From a virus (taxonomy: Duplodnaviria > Caudoviricetes), in the IMG/VR virus record IMGVR_UViG_3300049924_000088, positions 1 to 44,987 of that record: a stretch of DNA of 44,987 nucleotides. One strand, written 5' to 3'. This document shows, one piece after another, positions 1 to 8,492 of this stretch. Each line of letters opens with the position of its first letter. Position 1 is the stretch's first letter. The notes below the pieces were generated by a model. It did no database searches. It worked only from the letters and a program-made list of their open reading frames with translations, and had not been told where the DNA came from. The translations under genes were made by a program, and so were the position numbers.

Positions 1-42
1 GCCGCCGAATAGGGGCGGCCCTCCGAGCGAATCGATAATAAA

Positions 43-99
43 CTGGTGGGTGAGATTCGAACTCACATGCACGCTAGTATCGGCGGCGTGTACCACTAG
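43..99 (-). tRNA. tRNA-like fragment (acceptor-like stem + one arm + canonical T-arm); not a complete tRNA
   Basis: Minus strand CTAGTGG..CACGC-11nt-GCGTG..GTGAG TTCGAAT CTCAC CCACCAG; perfect T-stem/loop; no proper D-arm or 7-nt anticodon loop. Confidence 0.4.
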
Positions 100-150
100 C
101 GAACATACCCACACCCTAGCCGCGATCCCTATCGGCCTCCTACCACAGAC

Positions 151-399
151 CTAGCACACGCCAGTCATATCGACGCGAGTCCAACTATACGTCCCGCTAT
201 CGTCAACGCATTCGTACACTTCGCCACCTTTGTTGACCATCGCCCATCGTGTCGCTAGCTCGATGCTCAGCGTCACGTAGGCCGCTTTACCCTCAATCAT
301 GCCGAGGTAAATTCTTGCTCCCACTGTAGCCTCCCTTGTTGGCTGCGAGTCGTCATCCTCGATCGGAATCCCGCCGCGAAAGTCTTTGCCGTCGCTCAT
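151..399 (-). CDS. hypothetical protein
   Basis: ORF; start refined to MSDGKDF, ATGA-coupled to the upstream peptide. Confidence 0.6.
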   Translation of the reverse strand: MSDGKDFRGGIPIEDDDSQPTREATVGARIYLGMIEGKAAYVTLSIELATRWAMVNKGGEVYECVDDSGTYSWTRVDMTGVC

Positions 400-515
400 A
401 AAAATAGCCCTAGTAAAAACGCTGCAATGCACAGAACAATCCAGCCCAAGCCGATGTATAGCGCGAATGCAACGAGCCAAAACGCGGTGCCGATCAGGTC
501 GCTGAAAATGTTCAT
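396..515 (-). CDS. 39-aa hydrophobic membrane peptide (holin candidate)
   Basis: Hand translation MNIFSDLIGTAFWLVAFALYIGLGWIVLCIAAFLLGLFL; ATGA overlaps with both neighbours. Confidence 0.6.
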   Translation of the reverse strand: MNIFSDLIGTAFWLVAFALYIGLGWIVLCIAAFLLGLFL

Positions 516-1003
516 AGCGCCTTCCGTTTCATCGCTAGATTCTCCCGCAGCTTATCCATAAAGTCCCGCGTATTGTTGATGAAAAAACATTCACCAGGAA
601 CGCATACTCTCCAGCGCGGATAGGTCACACCTCGCGGAGGATAAACGACTAGCACCCGATCTACCTCCCAGCCAACCCGTCGTAGCTCCACCGGATCAGG
701 ACCATTCCACCACGCTTCACACGCTGGGCAAATCGACTGGCCGTTGGTGTCGACAAGTGCTTCAACCGTGATCTTCGAGACAAACTTTTCCGCCGAACCT
801 ACGCCCTTAAGTTTGGCCAGTTCCGCTTCCAACTCTTTGACGCGCCGCTGACTTGCCTCAAGCTTCAGAAGCAAATCAGAATAGGCACGCTCTGCACCTT
901 CGCCAATTGCTTGGCCGAGGTTACGTGGCTCTGAGAGATATTCAAATTGGCCTGCACTGGTTCGCGTTAATAGCACCAGAGCAAGCACGATAATCGTTCG
1001 CAT
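512..1003 (-). CDS. secreted protein with coiled coil and thioredoxin-like CxxC domain
   Basis: Signal peptide MRTIIVLALVLL, coiled coil, CPAC motif and downstream YP. Confidence 0.6.
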   Translation of the reverse strand: MRTIIVLALVLLTRTSAGQFEYLSEPRNLGQAIGEGAERAYSDLLLKLEASQRRVKELEAELAKLKGVGSAEKFVSKITVEALVDTNGQSICPACEAWWNGPDPVELRRVGWEVDRVLVVYPPRGVTYPRWRVCVPGECFFINNTRDFMDKLRENLAMKRKAL

Positions 1004-1006
1004 AAA

Positions 1007-1981
1007 CTAACTCCATAAGCTTTGCGTGGACCAGTCAAACACCTCTGGCCGCGCTGGATATCCATCATAACCTGACAGTGCGTACACCTCCGCATTTTGT
1101 GCTTTGCAAAATCGGTCGACTTCCTCGAATGCAACCCACACACCACCCGGCGCCGCACCGCTTGGGCAAGTACCGTAGGCATTCGCGCCCCACTGGTTCA
1201 TTTCGTAAAACAATTCACCCAGCTCCGGATGGTTCCAATAGCCAAGCCAAGATTCCTGGTGGCCACCTCTACCATTGTACGAGCCAACCAATGCACCGCT
1301 TTTCACACGTGACGTACCTGGATTGCAGAACACCATCCCGGCCCGCGTAACGCCGTATCCGTTGACAATGGAATCTCTGACCTGTACCGCAGCAGATAGC
1401 GGAGCCGAGATAAACTTGTGCTCCTTTGCTTCATTTCTCACTGGCTGTTCTGCCCTGGTTCCGTCGCTCCATTCCATCTCTGCAGCTTTGCCGATTTCCA
1501 TCTGGCCTGGATATTGCACGGAAGGTAATTGCACTCCCTCGACGTCCCATTCAGTGGCGCCGTCCTCGGATAACGACTTGGCAAAGGTGGAGCCGAAAGA
1601 GCCCTCGCCACGCCCACGCATGCCACCAAGCAAACGACTTCGGCCGTAATTGTATGGCCAAAACAACAGCACTGGTTTCTCTGGTTCCGCTCTGATTAAC
1701 TTGTCGGCAAGTAGTGTCGTCTGCGCACCATTACCGCCGCCGACACCCACGCAAGAGCCCGTGAATTGATGCCAACCAGTGAACGGCTTGCCTAGCACTT
1801 CGACCGTCTTGGGATGCTTCCACAAATCAGTGAGGATAATCTTGGTACCAACAGGCGGTTTCTCACCAGCCAAACCGAACGACGGCATGCGCGACACAAT
1901 CGAATTGTGGGCCGCCATCTGACTATCTGTACGTCGCTCGAAATCAACCCAGCCTAACGGCAAATCTAGTGGTAAGTCCAT
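1007..1981 (-). CDS. papain-like (C1) cysteine peptidase
   Basis: Q-x-x-GSCVG (oxyanion Gln, catalytic Cys), GGH (His), N-Q-W-G (Asn) in C1A order. Confidence 0.8.
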   Translation of the reverse strand: MDLPLDLPLGWVDFERRTDSQMAAHNSIVSRMPSFGLAGEKPPVGTKIILTDLWKHPKTVEVLGKPFTGWHQFTGSCVGVGGGNGAQTTLLADKLIRAEPEKPVLLFWPYNYGRSRLLGGMRGRGEGSFGSTFAKSLSEDGATEWDVEGVQLPSVQYPGQMEIGKAAEMEWSDGTRAEQPVRNEAKEHKFISAPLSAAVQVRDSIVNGYGVTRAGMVFCNPGTSRVKSGALVGSYNGRGGHQESWLGYWNHPELGELFYEMNQWGANAYGTCPSGAAPGGVWVAFEEVDRFCKAQNAEVYALSGYDGYPARPEVFDWSTQSLWS

Positions 1982-2691
1982 TATTTCACGCTCCTAAATC
2001 CTGCCGACACTTGACGCAATGTTGCGGGTGCATCCGCTGGTAGCGCAGCAGCACCTAGTTTTGGCTCAAGTATCGTAGCCATCTGTTTTTTGAAAACATT
2101 TCTTGTGGTCACGTCGAGCGGGACAGTGTACGACGATAGTTCAAGCACCGTCTTAATCTTGCCTGATTCAATCTCAAGTGCAGCCGCGTCTAGATCGTTT
2201 GCCATGCCAGCCACGAGCCCTTGCATAGCTTTACGCGACTCAGCCGTTACCAATCTCAATGGCAATGGATTAGGTTCCACTGGCTCAACTGGCTTAATCG
2301 GATCAGCACTGAGCACCACGCGAATCTCATCGGTATCGTGGCCCTTCTCTGCGTCAAACAATTCGTAGATCACAAGATACTCGCCAGCAGGAGTACCGGC
2401 TTTGAATCGAAATTGCCCATTGCCTAACTCATCTAGAGAAACCCTCTCGTAGCTGGGCAACCGTCGCGCGTAGAGCCTGCGAAATTTGTATTCAATCGCC
2501 GACTCAGCAACGATTGTGACGTCAACTTTGTCAAGCTTCGGCTTACTACCGGCCCTCGAAACAATCTTGCCATCGACGACAATGGGCGTGTCAAAGCCGC
2601 TCCATGTCTCGGTGCGTGCCTCAGACAACTTGATTTGCCCGTGCGCCACACTGGCAAACAGGCACAAGCACAACACTCCAAAAATTCTCAT
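1981..2691 (-). CDS. secreted protein, beta-rich domain + Pro linker + helical domain
   Basis: Signal peptide MRIFGVLCLCLFASVAHG; DPIKPVEPVEPNP linker. Confidence 0.65.
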   Translation of the reverse strand: MRIFGVLCLCLFASVAHGQIKLSEARTETWSGFDTPIVVDGKIVSRAGSKPKLDKVDVTIVAESAIEYKFRRLYARRLPSYERVSLDELGNGQFRFKAGTPAGEYLVIYELFDAEKGHDTDEIRVVLSADPIKPVEPVEPNPLPLRLVTAESRKAMQGLVAGMANDLDAAALEIESGKIKTVLELSSYTVPLDVTTRNVFKKQMATILEPKLGAAALPADAPATLRQVSAGFRSVK

Positions 2692-2716
2692 CTTTCCCTC
2701 AACTTGGAAATTGTAA

Positions 2717-2980
2717 TTATCGATACCTCACCACCGCATAGTGAAAGCCGTTGCGAAAGCTGGTCTGAATCGAAACAGGCTGGAGTTGCCCCCAGTAGCA
2801 ACAATTACGAATAGCTTGCTCGCGCGACCTTGACGAAACGCCGACGCCCTCATGTGTACCGACTCGATGCGGTCTGATCCCGCTCTGTGCCACTAGTCGC
2901 TGGTGTCCTCCGGCTAGCACCGGCTGTGTGAGTAGGACGATAGCCAGCAGAATTTTTGCAAATTGTTTGACCGAAACCAT
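2717..2980 (-). CDS. small secreted protein, possibly CAP/SCP-like
   Basis: Signal peptide; H..EGVG..CCYWG..YAVVRY pattern. Confidence 0.5.
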   Translation of the reverse strand: MVSVKQFAKILLAIVLLTQPVLAGGHQRLVAQSGIRPHRVGTHEGVGVSSRSREQAIRNCCYWGQLQPVSIQTSFRNGFHYAVVRYR

Positions 2981-3005
2981 CTCGAACTCCGTCTATATTT
3001 GTGGG

Positions 3006-3254
3006 TCACATTCCAGGCGGACGTTTGTCCAAGCCTTTTTCAGCAAGCAATGCCGCAACATCCTCTACGTGCAGGCAATCACATAGGCAAGCATATTCCG
3101 CTGGGCTCTGCGTGATCGCGATTCGCCCATTACAATAGTCGTTGCCTGGTACGGCACTGTGTAACACGCCAGTCGCGGTTACTTGCCCGGCGCCATTCAA
3201 TTGCACGATCATGTCGCCGTTCTTCGCCTCTCGACCATTTCGATAATGCATCAT
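3006..3254 (-). CDS. conserved phage hypothetical protein
   Basis: MHYRNGREAKNGD N-terminus, Cys-containing C-terminus. Confidence 0.65.
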   Translation of the reverse strand: MMHYRNGREAKNGDMIVQLNGAGQVTATGVLHSAVPGNDYCNGRIAITQSPAEYACLCDCLHVEDVAALLAEKGLDKRPPGM

Positions 3255-3265
3255 TAACCTTTTTG

Positions 3266-3397
3266 TTAAAACCCAGCTTGTTTCATTGCCGCCTTGAATC
3301 GCTTGTCTCTCTCGATAGCCTCTGCTATCTCTTCCTCTGTCAGCCCGATACCTCGCAAATTTGCGATTGCCTCAGCGTAATCTTCTTCGTCGTCCAT
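3266..3397 (-). CDS. 43-aa hypothetical protein
   Basis: Hand translation MDDEEDYAEAIANLRGIGLTEEEIAEAIERDKRFKAAMKQAGF fills the gap. Confidence 0.5.
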   Translation of the reverse strand: MDDEEDYAEAIANLRGIGLTEEEIAEAIERDKRFKAAMKQAGF

Positions 3398-3478
3398 GTT
3401 GCACCGTCTATAGGAAGCGGTGCCACGCGGTAGCTAGACATGGAGCAGCTAGCCCCAATACGTGGCACCCCCGTATTG

Positions 3479-4051
3479 TCAAGAAAACAAATCGATCAGC
3501 CGCAAAATAATCTCAAACAGCTTAGCCCAGTCGATCTTCCCGCCGCTGACCGCTGCATCCTCATCAACCGCTGATTTCAATCGAGCCAGTACGATCGGAT
3601 TTGCACTAGCCATCCGCACCGCAGCAAACTCCAATTCGCTCATTGTGCCCGCGTCACGAGCCGCCCTAGCTTCACTCAACAATCGTTGCCGAAATGTGCG
3701 GCGTTCTGCCGACATAGCCGATTCTGCAATCGCTGGCGATATCACAGAGCCCACGCTAGGTGGCATCGGCACCGACTGAGCAATTGCAACACTGCCCGTC
3801 GAGCCGTAGCCAACGGTAGGCGGTGAGGAGTACGAGCCACTTGTACTCGCCACCGCACTACCTGTTGACCCGTAGCTACGTGATACTGTGCCGGTTGATC
3901 CACCTGAGTCTGACACGTCCACCGACACCGAATACGCACTATTCGCGTAGTTCGATTTCGCCCGATTCCACGGCGCACGCGGAAACAGTTGCCCGTAGCT
4001 ACTTGATGCCATCACACACACGCACAATATCGTCAACGCAAATCTAATCAT
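3479..4051 (-). CDS. secreted Ser/Gly-rich protein
   Basis: Signal peptide; repeated (Y)GSTGS; amphipathic C-terminal IDWAKLFEIILRLIDLF. Confidence 0.7.
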   Translation of the reverse strand: MIRFALTILCVCVMASSSYGQLFPRAPWNRAKSNYANSAYSVSVDVSDSGGSTGTVSRSYGSTGSAVASTSGSYSSPPTVGYGSTGSVAIAQSVPMPPSVGSVISPAIAESAMSAERRTFRQRLLSEARAARDAGTMSELEFAAVRMASANPIVLARLKSAVDEDAAVSGGKIDWAKLFEIILRLIDLFS

Positions 4052-4235
4052 TACTCACCTTTTTCAATTTTGTTTTTACCGCCTTGCTCGTTACCCAGCC
4101 GCAAATAGCGTAGGCCATCTTCATCTTTTGCTCCATACTAACCAATGGCAACCACTTCAGCACAAAGCACGATCCTTTGATTAATGGCATGCACCACCAA
4201 CGCAATCGTATTTCGATAACCGGATCAGTTGCCAT
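4044..4235 (-). CDS. hypothetical protein
   Basis: Start refined to MATDPV just after the upstream stop. Confidence 0.5.
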   Translation of the reverse strand: MATDPVIEIRLRWWCMPLIKGSCFVLKWLPLVSMEQKMKMAYAICGWVTSKAVKTKLKKVSND

Positions 4236-4239
4236 CGCA

Positions 4240-4524
4240 TTACGCCAATGAGTCGTAAATTTTGTGCACTTCGCGTACGAGTGCTTCGACCAAAATGTTG
4301 TCGATAAAATTGGGAATTTCAAGTGGTCGCATGTAGGTGTCATAGGCCAATCGCACACCAGCCTCAACCACAGACCACGCCGGCAGATTTTCCATAAGCA
4401 TCTGGCTTGCTCTGTCCAAGATACGCTGGAAAAAATCAGAGAATCGCTCCATCTTCCACGCACCGGCGCCGAACGCCTCAAGCTCGTGTCCACCGTCAAT
4501 CTCGATCGCAAATCCATCAGACAC
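4240..4524 (-). CDS. hypothetical protein
   Basis: GTG start with GAGGGGGTGA RBS. Confidence 0.6.
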   Translation of the reverse strand: MSDGFAIEIDGGHELEAFGAGAWKMERFSDFFQRILDRASQMLMENLPAWSVVEAGVRLAYDTYMRPLEIPNFIDNILVEALVREVHKIYDSLA

Positions 4525-4658
4525 GGATCACCCCCTCACCGCCACATAAGTGAAAGGCTGGGCCGGTTAGTTTGTGGCTGTCCGGACCCAGCGAGTGCGA
4601 GTTGAGACACACTCACAACCAACAATACCAAATTGAGGGGATAACTGCAAGCTAGCTG

Positions 4659-5024
4659 TCAAACGCATTGCACAGGTGGCAATTGAATTTCGATTGGACT
4701 GCGCCACAGGTGCAAGCACGTTGCCATGTTGTTGACATAATCTTTTTTTGGTGGATGAAACTGCAAAACCAATTCATCATCGCGCCAAAACAAGTGCTTA
4801 ACAAACGCCATTTCTCGCCACGTCGGACACCGATTCGGTAACGATACGCTCACATGCTCCCACGCTTCGGCGCCCATTCCATGTGATTCACCGCTACTGA
4901 TCACATTCAATTTCTTGCCGTCAAGTGGCACAACGAAGTAGCCCCACAATGCACCTGCAGGACTATCGCCCCATGCTGGGTGAACTTGTCGATATTTGTC
5001 TAAATGCTGTCCGTTTTCTTTCAC
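4659..5024 (-). CDS. conserved phage protein (WEHVSVS..PTW.EM..HPP..LHLW family, probably DUF7694)
   Basis: Motif recognition; start refined to the GTG overlapping the upstream stop. Confidence 0.65.
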   Translation of the reverse strand: MKENGQHLDKYRQVHPAWGDSPAGALWGYFVVPLDGKKLNVISSGESHGMGAEAWEHVSVSLPNRCPTWREMAFVKHLFWRDDELVLQFHPPKKDYVNNMATCLHLWRSPIEIQLPPVQCV

Positions 5025-5182
5025 CACCACGCCCCCACTGCAATAGTCCCGAGCACACCTAGCACGATGCCAGCCACCAGCGCCCACCATTGATCTTGCC
5101 GCGCCATACGCAAGTGCTCTTTGGCCTGCGTTAGGTCGTAGATCAGCTTGCAATTTTCATCGATCCACACTTCATCTTGCAT
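5021..5182 (-). CDS. small membrane protein
   Basis: C-terminal TM WWALVAGIVLGVLGTIAVGAWW; GGAGG RBS. Confidence 0.6.
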   Translation of the reverse strand: MQDEVWIDENCKLIYDLTQAKEHLRMARQDQWWALVAGIVLGVLGTIAVGAWW

Positions 5183-5420
5183 CTTCGCCTCCGTTGTTTT
5201 GTGCCTGATTCTGTTCAATCATTGCGTGCAGCTTGGCAAGGGCTGGTGCCATGTTGATCCCCGCTGCTTGCAATTCTGCTGCGATTTCTTCATCAGTCAT
5301 ACGGTTAATGACTTCGACCATAGCGTTTTCTAGCTCCTGGATCGTTGGTCGACGAAACGGCGGAGGACCAAACCGCAACAACTCTATCGGAGTCTCACCA
5401 TTTATCATCATATCCTCCAT
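5172..5420 (-). CDS. hypothetical protein
   Basis: ORF in series. Confidence 0.55.
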   Translation of the reverse strand: MEDMMINGETPIELLRFGPPPFRRPTIQELENAMVEVINRMTDEEIAAELQAAGINMAPALAKLHAMIEQNQAQNNGGEDAR

Positions 5421-5501
5421 TAGTTAGCCACAGCCCATCGTTGCGCCCGCCTCTCGTTTATCCTCGCTTTCATTGTTTAACGATCGCAACGACGGGCTGA
5501 G

Positions 5502-6560
5502 TTAAAACAAAAGTTTCTGTTTCTCAAATCGTAAACATAGCGGGCTAAACCAGAGCCGCTCCTTAGTTGCGTTCTCGCGACCTTGGCTGCCCTCCTCGCT
5601 TTGGTTTGCATAGCCGCCGTGTGCCTTCCATTCGACCACTTCCCAATCGTCTGGCATTGCGTGCTCGCCGTCGTAGCCAGCCAAGCAGATACGCATTCTA
5701 TGGCCGTTTGCTATGGCCCACTCTCTTACCTCATGCGCAACCTGCAGGCAATCCTGCGCGTAAATGTCCTTCGTTCGCTTAGCCGTGTCAGCGTACGGCG
5801 GGTCAAGGAAAACGCCAGTTAGTCCATGCAACACAGTAACCGAATCGCCCGTAACCCGTTTCCAATCGCCGCAACAAACACGCACACGTCTAAGCCGGTC
5901 GCATAGCGCCGAAAACCACTCACTACATGGATGCACGCCCATGCCGTTGTTGCCCAAATGCGGTAGCTGACGATGTACGCCCATGCCGTTGCCCAGATGC
6001 GGTAGCTGACGATGCACGCCCATGCCGTTGTCGCCAAAATGCGGTAGCTTGCCGCCGCGTTCTAGATCTCGCACGTTTACGCCCCTTCCTGAATTCTTGC
6101 CATCGGCACCGTTCCATTCGCCTGAGCACCACCCGCAACCTATCCACTGGCACAATCCCCAGCACCATCGGCCAGCTATCACCGCGTCGTAATACTCTGG
6201 ATCGTCTTTGCAGTTGGCCGCTAACTCAGCTTTGCGCCCAGCCGTGACTAGCCATTTGTGCCACGCCTCTAGGTCAACTTCGTTTACTGGGTTATCGCAA
6301 ATTTCTGCTAGTCGTTCGGGCTCGTTTTGCATAGCCCGCCAAAAATTTGCAACGTACGCGTCTAGGTCATTGACGGTTTCGTTGCCGTGAAAGTCTGCCG
6401 GGCGATTGAGCAGCACGGCGCCCGAACCGAAGAAGGGCTCGATAAAATTGTCAACGTCTCCCAGCCGCGACCAGACCAATTCGGCAACGGTACGCTTGCC
6501 TCCAAAATACGGATAGGGAGCCTTCATCAATTCGTGCAACTCACACCTCGACAATTTCAA
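5502..6560 (-). CDS. Dam-like (D12 class, alpha group) DNA adenine methyltransferase
   Basis: YPYFGGK (motif X), EPFFGSG (motif I), NDLD, FLDPPY (motif IV). Confidence 0.9.
   Translation of the reverse strand: MKLSRCELHELMKAPYPYFGGKRTVAELVWSRLGDVDNFIEPFFGSGAVLLNRPADFHGNETVNDLDAYVANFWRAMQNEPERLAEICDNPVNEVDLEAWHKWLVTAGRKAELAANCKDDPEYYDAVIAGRWCWGLCQWIGCGWCSGEWNGADGKNSGRGVNVRDLERGGKLPHFGDNGMGVHRQLPHLGNGMGVHRQLPHLGNNGMGVHPCSEWFSALCDRLRRVRVCCGDWKRVTGDSVTVLHGLTGVFLDPPYADTAKRTKDIYAQDCLQVAHEVREWAIANGHRMRICLAGYDGEHAMPDDWEVVEWKAHGGYANQSEEGSQGRENATKERLWFSPLCLRFEKQKLLF
5930..6049 (-). repeat. three in-frame tandem repeats (42/39/~39 nt) in the methylase TRD
   Basis: LPH(F/L)G(D/N)NGMGVH(RQ) x3, near-identical at DNA level. 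Confidence 0.95.
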
Positions 6561-6999
6561 TTCCGTAGATCGCTTCGACTAGCTTCTTTTTGAGTCGATA
6601 CACTGGAGTCTTGAAACCTTTGGCGTCCTCAATAACGCAAGCGTGTTTCTCCAAATCACCGTACCAAAAATCTGCGATGTAGGTGCAAATCAAATTACCG
6701 CAGCAGTAACAAGGCAATTTCACTTGCAATCTCAACCCGTCGATTTTGCCAGCCTCTTGCAGCAACTTGAGTTCGCTATACCGTTTCGCTTCGCGCTGAC
6801 TGGCAAACATGATACCATCCACCACAGTCCGCTTGTTGCGATACTTCGACGGCTTGGCTACCTTCATCGACTTACGCGCCGCCGCAATCTGCTGCTTTAC
6901 GCTAGGAACTTTCGTTGCCGGCCGTACCCGTGCGATTATCTGACTATCCGTTAGTTGCTTAGCTTTTTTCTTCATTGCTTCGGCCTCAACGCGACCCAC
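6541..6999 (-). CDS. DUF1064 family PD-(D/E)XK endonuclease
   Basis: SKYRNKRTVVDGIMFAS.REA.RY..L, YIADF.Y, EDAKG..TPVY.LKKKL. Confidence 0.85.
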   Translation of the reverse strand: MGRVEAEAMKKKAKQLTDSQIIARVRPATKVPSVKQQIAAARKSMKVAKPSKYRNKRTVVDGIMFASQREAKRYSELKLLQEAGKIDGLRLQVKLPCYCCGNLICTYIADFWYGDLEKHACVIEDAKGFKTPVYRLKKKLVEAIYGIEIVEV

Positions 7000-7330
7000 T
7001 GCTCAGCGCGTGCACGTTCAACCAAGACGGGATCACCATACCCCAGAGCCGTCTGCTTTGCCATTCGAAGCCATCGTCACTTACCTCGACTTCATGCCCG
7101 ATGTCCGCAATGTCTACGTCTCGATAAACAACCGGCGGCTCGATTACTGGCATGTCGTAGACGCGACAATAGTATCGCCAAGCCGCCTGTGGGCTCGTGG
7201 AGTAAGCTTGCGCATCCTTTGGCGGTTCTGCGTCCGTCAATGCCCAGATGCCCGGCAGATCATCTTTGCCAGGTCGATCAGTCCGCCACTGTAATTTGTT
7301 GCTTTCGTTACTCATGCTTACCCGCTCCAT
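6986..7330 (-). CDS. hypothetical protein
   Basis: ORF in tightly packed series. Confidence 0.5.
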   Translation of the reverse strand: MERVSMSNESNKLQWRTDRPGKDDLPGIWALTDAEPPKDAQAYSTSPQAAWRYYCRVYDMPVIEPPVVYRDVDIADIGHEVEVSDDGFEWQSRRLWGMVIPSWLNVHALSSGSR

Positions 7331-7575
7331 TAAAATACGTTGTTAGCCTTCATCTTTTCCAGGGCAGCCAACGCATTGTCAGCCGCATCGCAAAACGTGT
7401 CGCCTGCGCCAATTGCATCGCCTGAATTGCACGCTGGCATATGGTCGATACGCCCTCTCCTATAACCGCATAGTCGAACCAGCCATTTGCGGTTACAGTT
7501 CGGCGAATACTCCACCGCAAATGTGCGTTGCAGTAACCATTCAGGAGCCACGTTACTCATGCTTAACCGCTCCAT
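7330..7575 (-). CDS. hypothetical protein
   Basis: ORF in series. Confidence 0.5.
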   Translation of the reverse strand: MERLSMSNVAPEWLLQRTFAVEYSPNCNRKWLVRLCGYRRGRIDHMPACNSGDAIGAGDTFCDAADNALAALEKMKANNVF

Positions 7576-7894
7576 TTTTAGGTCGCCTCATTTCCGCCAC
7601 AACATTAGCCGCATCGTCCAACCGTTTGGACAATGCCGCAATTTTCTCCTGCTGACGTTCCATCGCATCACGCAGCAGGTCGTTAGTTGCAATTACTGAG
7701 CCCAGCATTGCCTTATCCGACTCCCGATCCTTGCGAAGTTGGTCAATCTCTTTGCGATACAGCCGCACCTGCTGGGCTAGGTCCGCTTCCTCAACCAGAC
7801 ACCGCTGCCAGTGGTGATTGAGCCCGCGAAACTGCTGAGCGTACCAGGCTGCGGTATAGGGCTCCTCGTTAACTCGGTGGCTGTCGTCACTCAT
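7553..7894 (-). CDS. coiled-coil hypothetical protein
   Basis: Heptad-rich; ATGA overlap. Confidence 0.6.
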   Translation of the reverse strand: MSDDSHRVNEEPYTAAWYAQQFRGLNHHWQRCLVEEADLAQQVRLYRKEIDQLRKDRESDKAMLGSVIATNDLLRDAMERQQEKIAALSKRLDDAANVVAEMRRPKNGAVKHE

Positions 7895-8142
7895 CGCTGC
7901 TCCAATTCAATGCACTTCAACAACGCATGCACAGCGTTAATCGAATTAATGATGTCCTCATTGGGTGCTATGCAGTTCATTGACCGAAGCGACCCCTCCA
8001 TCATTAGCAACTCTTCGCGCGAACTCACACCAACCAGGCCAACTAGTGCATCGTGCAGTAGTTGGCACTTAGCCAGCAGCCTACACCGCTCGCAGTTGTC
8101 AACGTTGGTTCCCTCAGGCAGTCCACATACGCATTGCATCAT
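7891..8142 (-). CDS. hypothetical protein
   Basis: ATGA overlaps on both sides. Confidence 0.55.
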   Translation of the reverse strand: MMQCVCGLPEGTNVDNCERCRLLAKCQLLHDALVGLVGVSSREELLMMEGSLRSMNCIAPNEDIINSINAVHALLKCIELEQR

Positions 8143-8492
8143 GCACCCCCTATTACTCGACGTGCAGCCTCAAGCAAATCGCAACCCGTAATCTGATTGT
8201 CGTCACCATGCGTTACGATGCTGGCAACCCAGCGAATCGTGCCAAACTTCTGCAACGACAGAATCCACTCAGCCTCTTCGCGCGTTGGCTGCGACTCTGG
8301 CCAAACGCTAGACAGACAGCCGAACATGCCAGCCAACCCAGGTGGCAACTCACCCGCTTCGTGTTTGCGTTGCCACTCTTCGTTTACGATTGTGCGCGGT
8401 AGAAACGACTCGGCACGATCGCCAGTGAGCGACACCGGACGCGCTCGGATGCAATCGTCAACAGTTGCATACTCCATCGCCAAACCCTCCAT
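8139..8492 (-). CDS. hypothetical protein
   Basis: ORF in series. Confidence 0.55.
   Translation of the reverse strand: MEGLAMEYATVDDCIRARPVSLTGDRAESFLPRTIVNEEWQRKHEAGELPPGLAGMFGCLSSVWPESQPTREEAEWILSLQKFGTIRWVASIVTHGDDNQITGCDLLEAARRVIGGA

Noticed and set aside
1-42. GC hairpin after the tRNA-like element as an HDV-like (theta) ribozyme
   Set aside because: Could not build the nested double pseudoknot; the sequence is truncated at the window edge
5930-6049. Repeats as a CRISPR array or DGR template
   Set aside because: No spacers, the repeats are in-frame coding, and there is no cas or reverse transcriptase gene
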